From Rhynchopus sp. YZ270_cl-10 (lineage: Eukaryota), in the NCBI GenBank assembly GCA_964035575.1, contig OZ037842.1, positions 1,364,001-1,428,000 on the forward strand: a DNA stretch of 64,000 bases. The letters are read 5' to 3'. Positions 23,952-36,009 of this stretch are shown here, piece by piece. The notes beneath the pieces are model-generated. The model was not told the DNA's origin, did not search any database, and saw only the letters and a list, made by a program, of their open reading frames with translations. Position numbers and translations under genes: made by a program. Within the stretch, counting starts at the first letter, position 1. The number at the start of each line of letters is the position of its first letter.

Positions 23952-25627
23952 AAATTGGTCGCCCCCTGGTTGGTCGAGAACCTAAAAATGCAAAAAAACG
24001 CAAAATTCATGTGTTTTGACCATGTCTGGGTACACCAAATACACACCTCTGAACAAGCCTATACCCAGTAGTAGGCAACAAGCGCTATTTTTTGACCAAG
24101 AAAAAAAAAATCCCCCAAAAATTGGGTGTAGTAGGTCATAAAATGGCCCAAAAAATTCAAAGAAAACCTCAGATTGACCAAACAATGAAAAAAATTTTCA
24201 AGTCAAATTTTCAGCCAAAATACGGCTATTTTGGTAAAACCATGTGTACTGTAGTGGCTATACAAGGCGATTTTCGGCCAAAAAAATTTTTTTGGCCAAA
24301 AAAAAAATTTTTTTTTCGGCCCAAAAAAAAAAAAAATTTTTTTTTTGGGTCCGACTGTCGGACCCCAGAGTCCGACAGTCGGACTCCAGAGTCCGTCTGT
24401 CGGACTCCAGAGTCCGACAGACGGACCCCTGAGTCCGTCTGTCGGACTCAGGGGGTCCGACTGTCGGACTCAGGGGGTAAGTCCGTTATTTACACACTCC
24501 AAGCACGACAGACCGCACCGTGCTGCCAACTTCTTGTTCAGCGTTTCCCCGCACGATAGTGAGGGGTGTTGTGCACGAGAGGCATTCTTCCCCTTCAAAT
24601 TTTTGGTTAGCAGGCCAATGAACTGCTCTTGTGGTTCGAGTAACCTGCAGAGCTATCAGTCAGTGCTGTCCGCTGATGTCCAGAGAGGGGTTTGCACTGC
24701 CAACTTCTCTTCTTAGAGCGGTACCCCGTTTGAAGTGACGGCAGTTCTTTGAACGCCAAAATTTCACCCCTCCCCGCCATTTCGAGAGTCCCCTAGAGGA
24801 ACCGCTTTGCATACAATGTATAGAAGTTCTTCCAGCCCCCGTGTTGCCCTAATTTGCTATTTCTCACAAAAAGAGTGTGCCAAATTCGGCATGCAAGGGT
24901 AACAAAATTAGCATTTTTTTTTTTGAGATGGGTGCACGTGAGCAATATTTCGTCTTTCATTTTTTTCTTTTTTTTTTGTGACTAAGTACGCGAAGTACGC
25001 GTGGCTTAGATTCATCTTAACAACTGTTCGGCGCTTTTTTGTTTTTTTTGAAAAACCGTCGGGTGTAGGGTACATATTTAAGAAATGCCCTGCTCTCTCC
25101 CTCTCTCCCTCTTTTTTTTTTCTTTTTTTTTTTCTCTCGTGTACAGCAAAAGGTTAGTGCGCCACGTTATTCTTCCTCCTCCTCCTCTTCCCCCATTCTT
25201 TTTCTAATTTACATGCCTCCCGCATATCTGCAATCTCTGCCATTTTCTAACCCCGCTCGAAGCGTTTCAAGGGTCAACACGCTTCAAAAAGAGACGACTA
25301 CGCCCTCCGGGAGTGACCTATTTCCACCAAAAGGACAGCCAAAATGTGTTACCACTCATTTTCTCTGCATTCAGGTTCGCACATCTTTCACGCTTTTTCC
25401 CTTTTTTTTCGGAAAATTCTATACGCAAATCCTTCCTCCGTCAGTTTTCTTGATACCTGACGAGACCACGCCACATCGCTTTCCTTCCTCCCACAACATA
25501 ACACCGGAGCCATGCCTCCTACGACACCAAATACCAAAAAAAAAACCCCACCCTCTTCTCCCCTACCAGAGGGGGATCGCAACTACCCCCCAACAACCAT
25601 CCGTTTTTTAAAGTTTTTTTTTTAAAG

Positions 25628-28072
25628 ATGACGATAGCAGACCGAACGCAAGGGTTCTCCATTCAGGTTGCTGCAGATTTGTATGGAAAGAAGGAGAATT
25701 TGTGTATTCAGCTTGGAGACCGTTCACCACCGTTGGGTGATTTAGTGGCTATTATTGAAGCCGTGTATGAAGCCGAAGCATATTCGTTGAAACCTGATGG
25801 AGTCGCACCTCCGCGGTTTCAGATTCAATATATGCAGAGCTTTGATGAAGTGTCGGGGTGGGAGGACATTACAACAGCACAGCAGATCCATGACGGCATG
25901 CAGCTCTTCGTCTTCCAACCCCGCAATGACGTTCACTCCGACTCCCAAGATTTGATACCCGTTGCAAAACAGCCGGTTCTCCCTTTTCCTTACCTTTCGA
26001 TTGTAGAGACACCGTCTGCAGCGACGCCTTCTGCATTGGGTTCACCTTTGGCAGGAAATTCTATTATAAATGAGAAGGCGATTCTTGATACATTTAAAAG
26101 GTTGGATAAGTACGCGGCAGGGACGGTGGGGATGAATGTTGTGCGGAACGGGTTTGCGGCGATGGGCGTTGATTTGACAGCATCTACGATAGCGTCGTTG
26201 TTTGGCCTGAGCGCGCCGAAGGGGCCTGTGGACAACCGAGAGGTCGATTTGGACGATTGGTTTGCCTTTGCAACGACGCATCCAAAGATCATTCGTTCCC
26301 TCAATCAATACCCCGCAGAGATCATCAAAGAACGGCAAAGGGAAAAGCACCGTGCCAAACTAACCGGGGACAACCACTCCTCCGACGCACAACGTCGTGT
26401 CAGACAGCACATCCAAGAACGTCGTGCGACAGCGAACAACCTTCAACGGGCGCACAAAGAGACAAATGCACGGTCTCAAGCCGCTGCTGCAGAGAGATTG
26501 GCTCGTGGGAAAAGCTGTGTTGTTCGTGAAGTAGAGGGTGGTGGTGGAGGAGGAGGTGGAGGAGACGACAGTCACGTCAAATCGCGACGTGGTATCGAAA
26601 CCCAAAAGCCTGTCGCATGGAAGCCGGCTGGCTTGAAGAGGACCACCTCCCCAAGTGCAACAACTACGTATGTCCCAAATATTTCCCAAAATCTCAAATG
26701 GACCAACGTTTTTTTCTCAATCTTTTGTCAATTTTTTGCAATCCTACATCACAACCCATTCACAGACGAAACCAGCCCCAGCAAGATTCCACTGTGCGTT
26801 CCTCCTCTCGCCCTGCTCTTCATGAGTCACGGCATAGTAGGTCGCGGACACCGGTTATCCGGAAGGAGAGAAGTAGGAGTGTGGGTGCTGGGGGGTACAC
26901 GGCTGTACCGCCGAAAGGGGCCGAGACAAGGCGGCAGTCTGTGAGCAGGCAGGCAGTGGCGACTGCAAATGCAGCAGCAGCCGCCTCAGTGGTGAGCAGA
27001 CAGCCCTCCCCAGAGAGTGTGCGCCACCCCGCACCACTCTCCGCAATCGGGCAGCTCAGACAGCAGGTCTACGGGGAGACTGCCCCCGCTGCGTCGGTGT
27101 CGGCAGCGCATTTCCCCCCACAGTTGGTCCGGTATGTGTTTTTTAATAGCTCCGTTTGGGGTTACGCCTTTTTCACAGGGAAAACAAAAGCCACAGCCCT
27201 GCGCGTGGCGAGAGGCAGGCGAACTTCTCACACCGCTCGCCTTCGCCCGAACGGAGTCCAAACGCAGTGGCACGCCTCCCGACGACTGCAGCGTACTCTG
27301 CTGTGGAGGAGGAGATTATGCGGCAGTGCCACGACGCTGCTGCTGCTGCTGCCGTGCTCCCCATGCACGCGCCACCCTCCCGTGCAGGCACCTTCAACGA
27401 CATCCCGCACGACCCCGTCCCAAGCGTCGGCCTCCAGCGACGTTCCATGAGCCCACCCGCCAGCGTCATCGACCCCCAAGCACAAATACGCTCTCCAGGA
27501 GGCAGCTGCATCCCTGCCCCAGTCATGCCTCCACATGCACAGGCTCCAACTGAGGTATGCTTTTTTGCAATCAATCTGTTTTTGGGGAAAAAATCATATT
27601 CCGAAACTTTGGGAATCGGTCATTTCGGAACCGGTTCCCTGGATTTTTTCAGTCCTAAAGGATACCATCAAACTGTGATGTCAAAACACCACCTTGACAG
27701 GATGGGTCGAGATGGGGGCAGTGGCAGGCCCCTCCACCACCGACGCTTGCAGTAGAGGATACGGGCTTCCGGGTTGCGGGGGGGAGTGCGGTGTCGCGGT
27801 CGGCATCGGTGTTGCGCCAGCCCACGGCAGCTGTGGTGCAGCACCCCTCGTACACCCCACACTACCGCCCGCACCTCGCACACCTGCAGCAGCAGCAGGC
27901 CCCCACCGTGCCCACCCCTACCCATGCCCCCGTCCCTACCCCAGCCCCACGTCCCGCATCGGCCTACCTCTCTCCTGTGTCGCCTTCCCCAGCCGCATCC
28001 ATCCCCCCTTCCCTCCCAAGCTCCAGCCCTGCAAGAAAGTGGTACCCCAATCTCGTCTCCCCTTCACTATAG
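25628..28072 (+). CDS. BILBO1-N-domain and EF-hand-like protein (introns 26668-26765, 27132-27178, 27555-27700)
   Basis: FSIQVAADLYGKKEN..W.D..QIHDGMQLFVFQP..HSDSQDLIP resembles the trypanosomatid BILBO1 N-terminal domain as recalled. An EF-hand-like region (FKRLDKYAAGTV..VDLDDWFAF) follows. Three GTATG..CAG introns join ORFs 25628, 26617, 27156 and 27791 in frame. Confidence 0.8.
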
Positions 28073-29593
28073 CTTGAGGGGGTTATTTCTTGGGGAAGAA
28101 TAGGGAAACGGGGAATTGGTGTAAGGGGACGAAAAGGCAGTATTATAAGCACGGTGGGTACAGAAGATGCTTCTTGAAGATATATTTTGTGGGCACCGTG
28201 TATAAGATTTTTGTGTGAGCGTTTTTTTAAATAGATTTCACCCCTCCTCTTTACCCTGTTATTAGAACCTGTATTTTTTTCCCATAAAATTAGCTTTTGT
28301 TCCCCCCTTGAAACGTTTGTGTGAGATTTTTTTTTTTGTATTTCGTGGAGGACGAACCGTGCTGTGTGTCTGCCTTCTACGGTGCATTGGCCGATGTTAG
28401 TGATTTTGTTGTCAAGATAACCAAAAAAAAAATTTAGAGGCCTTTACGTACAAGAGCGGAGCGATCTGTTGGAGGGCGCAAACTGCTTTGGCAGCTCTAC
28501 TAATCCGCCCGATTATCAAAAGAAAAGAAGAAAAAAAAATGAACTGTCGAAAATTGGACCACAAAAAAAAAATTGAAAGTGGTTTTGTCACTTCTCATGA
28601 AGAGCTCTCGATGATTTTTGTTGGAAAAAAAAGACTCCCTCCCCTTTATTGATGTGTCTGTGTCCGCAGAGGCGTTTGCACTTTCAATATTTATTTATTT
28701 ATTTCGAAAGTGACTAAGCACTGTGAGGATTCACGCCAAACTTTTCTCTTAGTTCGTTTTTTTTGGCAAGAACACTTCATATGAACTCCTGTCTATTGAA
28801 TGGATTCTCTCTCAAGGTGACTAAGCACGAGAGGCTTAGTATTTTCTTACAACACTCTCTTTTTTTTCTCCCCATTTTTTAAAGGGTCTCTTCTCCAACG
28901 CTGAATCTCCACGACACCTTGTCTGTGTTCTTCCTCAAACAGCTAGGCATAACCCTTGTATTTCTGCGCTAGATATCTGATATTTTTCTCTCCCCATCCC
29001 AACCCATGTATACCCTTGGACTAACTGCAAGATTGAAAATCATGCCTGAGTCCGCGACGCCTAAACGGAGTACATTTATTTTTAGTGCTCTGTGTCCACC
29101 GATGAATGGGGCGTTCTGCACTTCCAACTCTTTATTTTTTGATTTTATTTTAAAAGATGTGTGCACCCAGCTTGGTGCGTTTTCCCCGCTTCTTTTCCTT
29201 CAAAATGTCGTTCAACGTATCGAAGGAATGGAAGACCAAACACAAAACCGAGCCATAGATCCCCCGCTTATATCCCCATATTATGCAGTGCCTTCCTTCC
29301 GTTTTCTCTGTAAAAAAATTTTAAAAAAAGATTGCTGCCCTCTTTTCTCTTTTCTCCTTTGATTTTATCACTCACAACTCTACAGCGGCAGATGGCCGCC
29401 GGCTGACGAGCGGTTGTGTACCGCCCTCGTTCTCTTGCGGTACGGGGCAAGTCATTTAGGGTTTCTTTTTACATCTGTTGTAGGCCGCAGGGTACTTTGT
29501 GCTTTCATCCAGATGGCTGGCATCGTGGGTCAGGTCGGAGGTGCCTGCATCAACTACAGTTTTCTCTCTCAGCATAGGTGTACACTAAAAAAA

Positions 29594-30675
29594 ATGGCGG
29601 GGAATTTAATAAGCGACGCGATCTCGCTGGAGGAGTGTCGTGAGTTGCGGAACGTGGGGGAAGGGGATGCGCTGAAGAACTACACACGGAAGCTGACCGC
29701 GAAGCGGCTGATGGAACACCTCCCTGAAGCTGAGGCGCGAGAGCAGCTTGCCGACATCGTATCGGACATGCTTGTCAACGCCTCACTCTTTTGTGCAGAC
29801 GAAGGCTTCTCCGACGAAAAGACTGGCGCAACCCTCTCCATCCTCTGGCGTCTCTTCCTCCGCAGCACAACCACTAGCGCCTCTCTTAAGGAATCATTAA
29901 CGCTCTTACAGACAATGGTATAGACCCCTTTTCTCCCTCGATGTTTACCCCTTTTTTTGAAAGGAGCGTTTCCCCTTTGGACCCCTCTACCCCACTTCCT
30001 CGTCTCCCCTTTCAGCTTGTTGAGCACAGTGTACACCGCCCCCCTGTCAGCGTGCTTCTCTTTAACCTCGGAGACGTAAAGGCGGTCCACCACTACATCA
30101 CAACAACCTTCCATCGACACTATAAGCTGTATCAATGCTGCTTCGCTGCCCCACAGCGCGCTGTGGTCAGAGCGTCTGAAGCATGTGTCAGGGTGCCCCA
30201 ACCTCCATCCGAGGTGCGACCACTATGTCAAGCAAAAGAACTCAACACAGACCCCGAAGAAAATGAGGTGGATGAAGGCATTAACGACGCGCAAGAAGCT
30301 ACCGAAGACGCTGTGGAAGAAAAGGATGTGAATGGGGAGTCAGCCATTAATGCAGAAGACGATGTCAAGGCTGATGGTGCGCCAAGTGCAGAAGAAGGGG
30401 GAGGAGCTGCTAGTGGTGCACGCGCTGACATTGTAACGGAAAATGTTGCCGCCCTCCCTCAACCACAGGGTCTGAAACGGCAGCTGGAACAAATTGTTGA
30501 AGGTGTCTCTGTGGTGTCAGAGGAGAAGCTTGCAATGCTTGAAGCCAAGGTATTTTTTTATGAAATTTCAAAAAGTTCAAAAAAAAATTGACCAAAAAAA
30601 TGTCTACAGGTCTCCGAATTAGAAGCGAAACAACAGGAGCTGCGAGAGAAAAATTCGAAAGGCAAGAAGAAGTAA
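29594..30675 (+). CDS. Flagellar central-pair C1a-32/CFAP119 (CCDC189)-like protein (introns 29918-30015, 30550-30609)
   Basis: FC..EGFSDEKT..LSI, HSVHRPP.S..LF, TFHRHYKLYQ motifs; both introns are phase 0. Confidence 0.8.
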
Positions 30676-30875
30676 TTGATAATCCAGGAGGGGGGCCTAA
30701 GGGGGGTTATTTATACTTATTTGGTCGGGCCTTTTCCAGGGACCTTGCCAATTCTATTTGTATAAAACAAAAAAATGGACACAATCCTTTTGAGCATCTT
30801 CCCCTACGTCCTACGCCCTGATTCCATTCAAATCTTACAGCACCTTATTCGCGACAACTTTTTTTGAAAGATAAA

Positions 30876-31964
30876 ATGATGAAAACACTTCTTATGTGTG
30901 CTGCATTGGTCAGCTGTGCACAGTGCGACGTTGTCTCTCAATGTGAAGCCGAATCCTGCTCTGCCCTCGAACGCAAATCCGTGGACAACCGCAACGGGCT
31001 GAACGTCAGCTACCTGGAAGGAGGGAACCGCAACGGGCAGCTACTCGTCTTCATCCACGGCTTCCCGGAGCACAGCGGGACGTGGCGTGCACAGCTTACA
31101 CACTTTGCTGCTCGCGGGTTCTGGGTGGTTGCGTACGACCAGCGTGGGTACGGAAGCACCACAGGGTGGGACCAGGACGACGTTGAGTCCTTCTCTGCGA
31201 TGAACCTTGCGCGCGACGCTGTGGGGCTCATCCAGGCCATTGGCGGCACCAACGCGGTTCTGATTGGCCACGACTGGGGGTCTTTTGTTGCCTTTTTCAC
31301 TGCCATCCTCCGCCCCGACGTTATCACTGGCCTTATGTGCATGTCTGCACCTGCCATCATCCCCACAACAATGGAGACCAACCCTGCCCAGCGTGCTATG
31401 GAGGCTATGGCACAGCTGAACGCTGCTGGGTTGATGCACTACCAGCAGTTCCTTGCCACACCGGAGGCAGAAACGGCGATTCTGGCAGACCCGCGGACGT
31501 GGGTGAAGAACTGTTACCGCACTTCGATGGGGGAGAGCCCTTTCAAGGTGGACCTTGCTGCAGGGAAGATGTACCCGCTGGCGTTCCCCATTGGCACCGA
31601 GCTGTTTGGACAGCTTGAGGAGAGCCACCCGCAGGCGAGCTTTGTGCCAGAGGAGGATTTGGACAGCATTGCTGAGTCCTTTGCAAACAACGGAGTCAGG
31701 GGTGCACTCAACTACTACAAGATGTTCGTGAAGAACGTCGAGTTTCTGCAAATCTTTGCCGGCTCGCACCTGAAAATGCCCTACGCCTTCCTCATCGGCG
31801 AGCACGATGTTCTCCTCCAAGCGTACTACCGTGAATTCACCCTCCTCGACCAAATGCCCACCTTCACCCGCAAGGATATCATCCCCGGGGCAGGTCACTG
31901 GGTGCAACAGGAGAAGCCAGAGGAGACCAACGCCCTCATTGACACCTTCCTCTCCGCTTTGTAG
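30876..31964 (+). CDS. Alpha/beta-hydrolase, epoxide hydrolase-like, with signal peptide (copy 1)
   Basis: HGFPE, DQRGYG, GHDWG nucleophile, LNYY and GHWVQQEKP motifs; hydrophobic N-terminus. Confidence 0.9.
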   Translation: MMKTLLMCAALVSCAQCDVVSQCEAESCSALERKSVDNRNGLNVSYLEGGNRNGQLLVFIHGFPEHSGTWRAQLTHFAARGFWVVAYDQRGYGSTTGWDQDDVESFSAMNLARDAVGLIQAIGGTNAVLIGHDWGSFVAFFTAILRPDVITGLMCMSAPAIIPTTMETNPAQRAMEAMAQLNAAGLMHYQQFLATPEAETAILADPRTWVKNCYRTSMGESPFKVDLAAGKMYPLAFPIGTELFGQLEESHPQASFVPEEDLDSIAESFANNGVRGALNYYKMFVKNVEFLQIFAGSHLKMPYAFLIGEHDVLLQAYYREFTLLDQMPTFTRKDIIPGAGHWVQQEKPEETNALIDTFLSAL

Positions 31965-32300
31965 GTAGTTTTGAGTGTATTCGTCAGTTTTTAGTTGAAT
32001 TTTTAGTATCATATTGCATTCCGAAAAAAAATCCCCATTTAAAAAAAAAACCCCCCGTTGCTGCCCCCTTTACACCCCAAACAAAAACAAAAGATTCGCT
32101 GTCACTACCGATATATTTTCTCTAGCGGGGTGACCTGGATGCGTTTTTTCTTCAAAGGTGACTGAGCGTGCGAGGCTTGGTGCATCTTACCCAACTTTTC
32201 ATTTTTTGCTCTGTTTTTTTTTTATTTTTTTATTTTGCCGGGGTTCGATACCCCCGCGGAGTGTCAGTGCCTGCGTCTCAGAGGCGTTTGCACTATCAAC

Positions 32301-32435
32301 CATGGTTTGGAGTCAGTCTGAGTTAGTCTGAGTCATCTCGCATTCCTCTCACACTTGAGTGTGAGGAGTGCGAGAAGAGTCCGATCCTCGGCCTGATCCA
32401 AAAATCAGTCTGACTCAGACTGACTACAATACATG
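32301..32435. mobile_element. MITE with CATG ends and 6-bp TSD (ATCAAC), inserted in a family-2 repeat
   Basis: atcaac|catggtttggagtcagtctgag ... ctcagactgactacaatacatg|atcaac. Confidence 0.8.
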
Positions 32436-32895
32436 ATCAACTTCACTTTTTTTTTGCATGTTCCCCAAGATTTAAGATAGGGGAAAAGAATGAAAATATC
32501 AAGAATTCCAGAATATTTCCTCTCCGCAATACTCTCTTTGTTAGGTGATGAAGCAAAGGCTTGTCATATTACCAACCCTTTTTTCTCTCTTTTTTTTTTG
32601 TCTTCAAATTGTTTTGAGTCCAAAAATTTTTGGCAGAAGGTGTACCGCCTGCCCATCAATAAATAGGATCTTAACTTCTTTGGATATGAATTTTTTCAAT
32701 GCCAACCGAAACGGCTTTCTTTCAGCTACAAAACACATTCCCAGGGTGTGTACACCTTTCGTACTACCCTCCTCCCCCAACCCATTTATCAAGAACTAAA
32801 AAACTCAACCAAAAGAAGCGTTCACGTACAAAAGCTAGTGTCAGACTATGTAGATGGGTTGTAATACACTATGACGTACTTTAGGCCACATTGAT

Positions 32896-33006
32896 GGTGC
32901 TTTCGGAAGTCGGTCAACGACCTGTCGGCGACCTGTCAATATCAGGGGGGGTGTATAGAGTCCCTGTGTCAGCGACCTGTCAATATCGACCCCTCCCGGA
33001 GCACCA
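32896..33006. mobile_element. Small MITE-like repeat (tggtgct..cgga / ccggagcacca TIRs, internal cgacctgtca repeats)
   Basis: Related copy at ~55264-55332. Confidence 0.6.
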
Positions 33007-33949
33007 ATTAAACGTACCTTTTTTTCAAAAAAAGCACTAAGGGTCCGAGGCTCATCTTTACCAGCTGTTCTCTTTATTTTTTTTCTCTTTTTTTTCTTCC
33101 CCCCTTTTTTTCCTCCAGTATCTGCGTCCCGGAGGCGTTTGTACTGGATATTTCCCCCCCCCCCCTCCTTTCTCCGTTAACAATCATACACGATAACACC
33201 CCTACACCCTACACCTCCCCCTCCCCAAAGACAAAGAGTCATAATCATAACGTCATCTTCGCGTTGTCGATGAGACTCTGCACCTTTTTTTTTATCTTTT
33301 TTTGTTGTGGTGCGTCCACCACAGTGCTTTTTTTTTTTTTTTGCACTTCCTCCCCTCTTTGAGATTCCTAAGCATAAGACGCTTACGTTAAATCTAAAAT
33401 GTTCGCAACTTTTCTCTTTTTCCCCCCTAATATTCAACATTTAGGGTTTTTTCTGTATTTCATGAATGAAGGTAGCCCCCTTTTTACCAAGCTATATGCC
33501 TACCGCATATGCTTGATTTTTTTTCAAAATGAGCAGTTTTTCCCCCCCTTCCTCATCTCGAAAAAACCCTTTTTCTCCGATCAAGCCAATCTCTTTTTGG
33601 CTGCGAGAGAGTGTGTGCGGTGAAGGAAAGGTGATAAAAAACTGTACATTCTGATCCAAAAAGGGGTGCCTCCGGTTTCGTTCCTTTTTTTTCTTTTTTC
33701 TTATTATTTATGGGACCATTTTTGTTGATCCCTCACCATATACTATCAATTTATTGATTGCATATGATGAAAATATTTTTTCGCAACTTCGTATTCATCG
33801 TTTTCTCTGTTTTCTTTTTCTTCTCTCTTTCTTGTGCACTGGGCACATTCTTTCTTTATAGCAGCAACGCATAAAACAAAACAGTCACCCTGCATTTTGA
33901 AACCTTTCTCCACAGTACCTCAGGTTTCCATCGCAGAGACAAACGAACA

Positions 33950-35221
33950 ATGGCGAGTAGAGGAGTCATAGCAGCGTTGTGTGTGTCGGTGGTTGTGGGG
34001 TGCGAAACGGATAGTGGATGCCCGTCTGGGCACAGCTGTGACGTACCGGCTTCTGTTGTATGCAGTGACGCGCAAGACCCGAACACCGTGTGCGGCAGTG
34101 AGACGTGCTGCTCGGAAGGGCATTCCTGTCAAGAAGCTGCCTCCGGTGTGGCGTACTGTCTCCCCAAGACCGGTGTCTGCATGGAAGATGAGCCCCACCT
34201 CGAACGCAAATCCGTGGACAACCGCAACGGGCTGAACGTCAGCTACCTGGAAGGAGGGAACCGCAACGGGCAGCTACTCGTCTTCATCCACGGCTTCCCG
34301 GAGCACAGCGGGACGTGGCGTGCACAGCTTACACACTTTGCTGCTCGCGGGTTCTGGGTGGTTGCGTACGACCAGCGTGGGTACGGAAGCACCACAGGGT
34401 GGAACCAGGACGACGTTGAGTCCTTCTCTGCGATGAACCTTGCGCGCGACGCTGTGGGGCTCATCCAGGCCATTGGCGGCACCAACGCGGTTCTGATTGG
34501 CCACGACTGGGGGTCTGTCACCGCCTATTTTACCGCTGTGACGCGCCCCGACATTGTAAACGGTGTTGTGTGCATGTCCGTTCCGCTTGTCACACCTGCG
34601 GTTATGGACCCTGCCCCTGGTGCGCCAATCGTTGACTTCTTCACGCAGCTCTATCTTGGTGGGCTGCAGCACTACCAGCAGTTCCTTACCACACCGGAGG
34701 CAGAGGCGGCGATTCTTGCAGACCCGCGGACGTGGGTGGAGAACCTGTACCGTGTGTCGATGGGGGAGAGCCCTTTCAAGGTGGACCTTGCTGCTGGGGA
34801 GACGTACCCGCTGATCTACCCGCAGGGGGAGGATTTGTTCTACCGTCTGTTGGAGGAACATCCGTACCCGACGTTCCTTGAGGCGGATGTGCTGGACACT
34901 GCTGCTGCGGGGTTTGCGGCGAACGGTGCCAGGGGTGCACTGAACTACTACCGGATGTACATCAGGAACTTCGAGGACCTGCAGCTCTTTGCAGCTGCAG
35001 AGATGAGCGTCCCGTATGCATTCATCGGTGGCGAACACGACCTTGTCGTTGAAGCTAGTCAACTCGCCTACAGCCAGCTCGACACCCTCAAAGGCTTCAC
35101 TCGCAAAGACCTCGTCCCCGGGGCAGGTCATTGGGTGCAACAGGAGAAGCCAGAGGAGACCATAAAACTGATTCAGAAGCTTCTGCGTGTTGTGCGTAGG
35201 AGGGAGAGACAGAACGCATAG
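33950..35221 (+). CDS. Epoxide hydrolase-like protein with signal peptide and Cys-rich N-terminal module (copy 2)
   Basis: Same catalytic motifs as copy 1, preceded by a ~60-aa module with 10 Cys. Confidence 0.9.
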   Translation: MASRGVIAALCVSVVVGCETDSGCPSGHSCDVPASVVCSDAQDPNTVCGSETCCSEGHSCQEAASGVAYCLPKTGVCMEDEPHLERKSVDNRNGLNVSYLEGGNRNGQLLVFIHGFPEHSGTWRAQLTHFAARGFWVVAYDQRGYGSTTGWNQDDVESFSAMNLARDAVGLIQAIGGTNAVLIGHDWGSVTAYFTAVTRPDIVNGVVCMSVPLVTPAVMDPAPGAPIVDFFTQLYLGGLQHYQQFLTTPEAEAAILADPRTWVENLYRVSMGESPFKVDLAAGETYPLIYPQGEDLFYRLLEEHPYPTFLEADVLDTAAAGFAANGARGALNYYRMYIRNFEDLQLFAAAEMSVPYAFIGGEHDLVVEASQLAYSQLDTLKGFTRKDLVPGAGHWVQQEKPEETIKLIQKLLRVVRRRERQNA

Positions 35222-35852
35222 GGTGTGGGCAGTATTGGAAGTGTGCTCTGCAGCTTTGTATTGCAGCGTCACCTTGGTGTCCCTCCCCCATTTATTCCCT
35301 TTAATGGGATGCCACCTAACGATCGCATTGTTTTGATATGTTTTATTGGAGTGATGCGTTGTTCGCACGTTTGAACTATTCTTTTCTAAAATGTTTGGAA
35401 AAACTGTACTCCGTATGGTAGTACACGGATCCATCCACGCGCTTCATCTCTTTTTATCGTCTTTATAACTTCCATTTTTATTATGTTGAGCGGTTTTGCA
35501 TTCACTTTTTCCACTTTTATGGTGTTGGACCAAACGGGACAAAAAGGTCACAAAAAACGCACCCTGGGTGACTCTGATATGCCAAAACGGACCACACCTT
35601 CGATCATTTTTTTGTTGTTCATTAATTCATAAGGTTTGCCCTCTTTTCCCTCTTTCTCTCTCTCTCTCTCTCTCTCTGTCCCTTTTTCTTTTGTCAAGCA
35701 ACGGCTTGTTCCGATTCTTTTTTCATTTTCAAAGATTTTGAGTGGAAACGGAAACGTCGAGGGGAAAACCAAATGTCGAGCAGCGTATACAACAATATTT
35801 GCTAGCACTATTCAACATTACCTTCCCCCGACGCTGTCTGCGTATGCCTAGT

Positions 35853-36009
35853 CATACCTAGAAAGCGAATATGATATTCGGCCTATATTCGGATCCAAAA
35901 TTCTTGGGCCATATTCGGCCTATATTCGGATCCGAATATCGTATTCGGATCCGAATATAGGCCGAATATCCGAATATAGGGCGAATATGATATTCGCTTT
36001 CTAGGTATG
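35853..36009. mobile_element. MITE with long TIRs and 6-bp TSD (CCTAGT)
   Basis: cctagt|catacctagaaagcgaatat ... atattcgctttctaggtatg|cctagt; internal tattcgg/ccgaata repeats. Confidence 0.88.

Larger units (their letters stand above)
19683..24522. mobile_element. Non-autonomous DNA transposon B (CACGGTG termini, 2-bp TSD CT; CMC/EnSpm-like) with nested insertions
   Basis: cacggtgcagtctgtc (19683-19698) and gacagaccgcaccgtg (24507-24522), with CT on both flanks. GTCCGAC/GTCGGAC subterminal repeats at 19707-19840 and 24347-24478. It splits a family-2 repeat (..tgcact|gccaacttc). Confidence 0.88.

Noticed and set aside
19683..24522. Transib/RAG-like assignment from the CACGGTG heptamer
   Set aside because: The flank duplications are 2 bp (CT, CA), not 5 bp, and no Transib transposase was seen.
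26617..28103. Frameshifted pseudogene or programmed frameshifting in multi-frame ORFs
   Set aside because: Canonical GT-AG introns join the frames cleanly; the same holds at 29918, 42649, 46243 and 51212.
31041..32012. Long minus-strand ORFs (also 34274-35434, 46318-47118, 1126-1824, 3842-4537, 4589-5311)
   Set aside because: These are antisense shadows of GC3-biased + strand genes, with no independent motifs.
32240..32300. tRNA gene suggested by GGGGTTCGATACCCC
   Set aside because: No acceptor stem, D-arm or anticodon arm could be built; it is a family-2 repeat copy.
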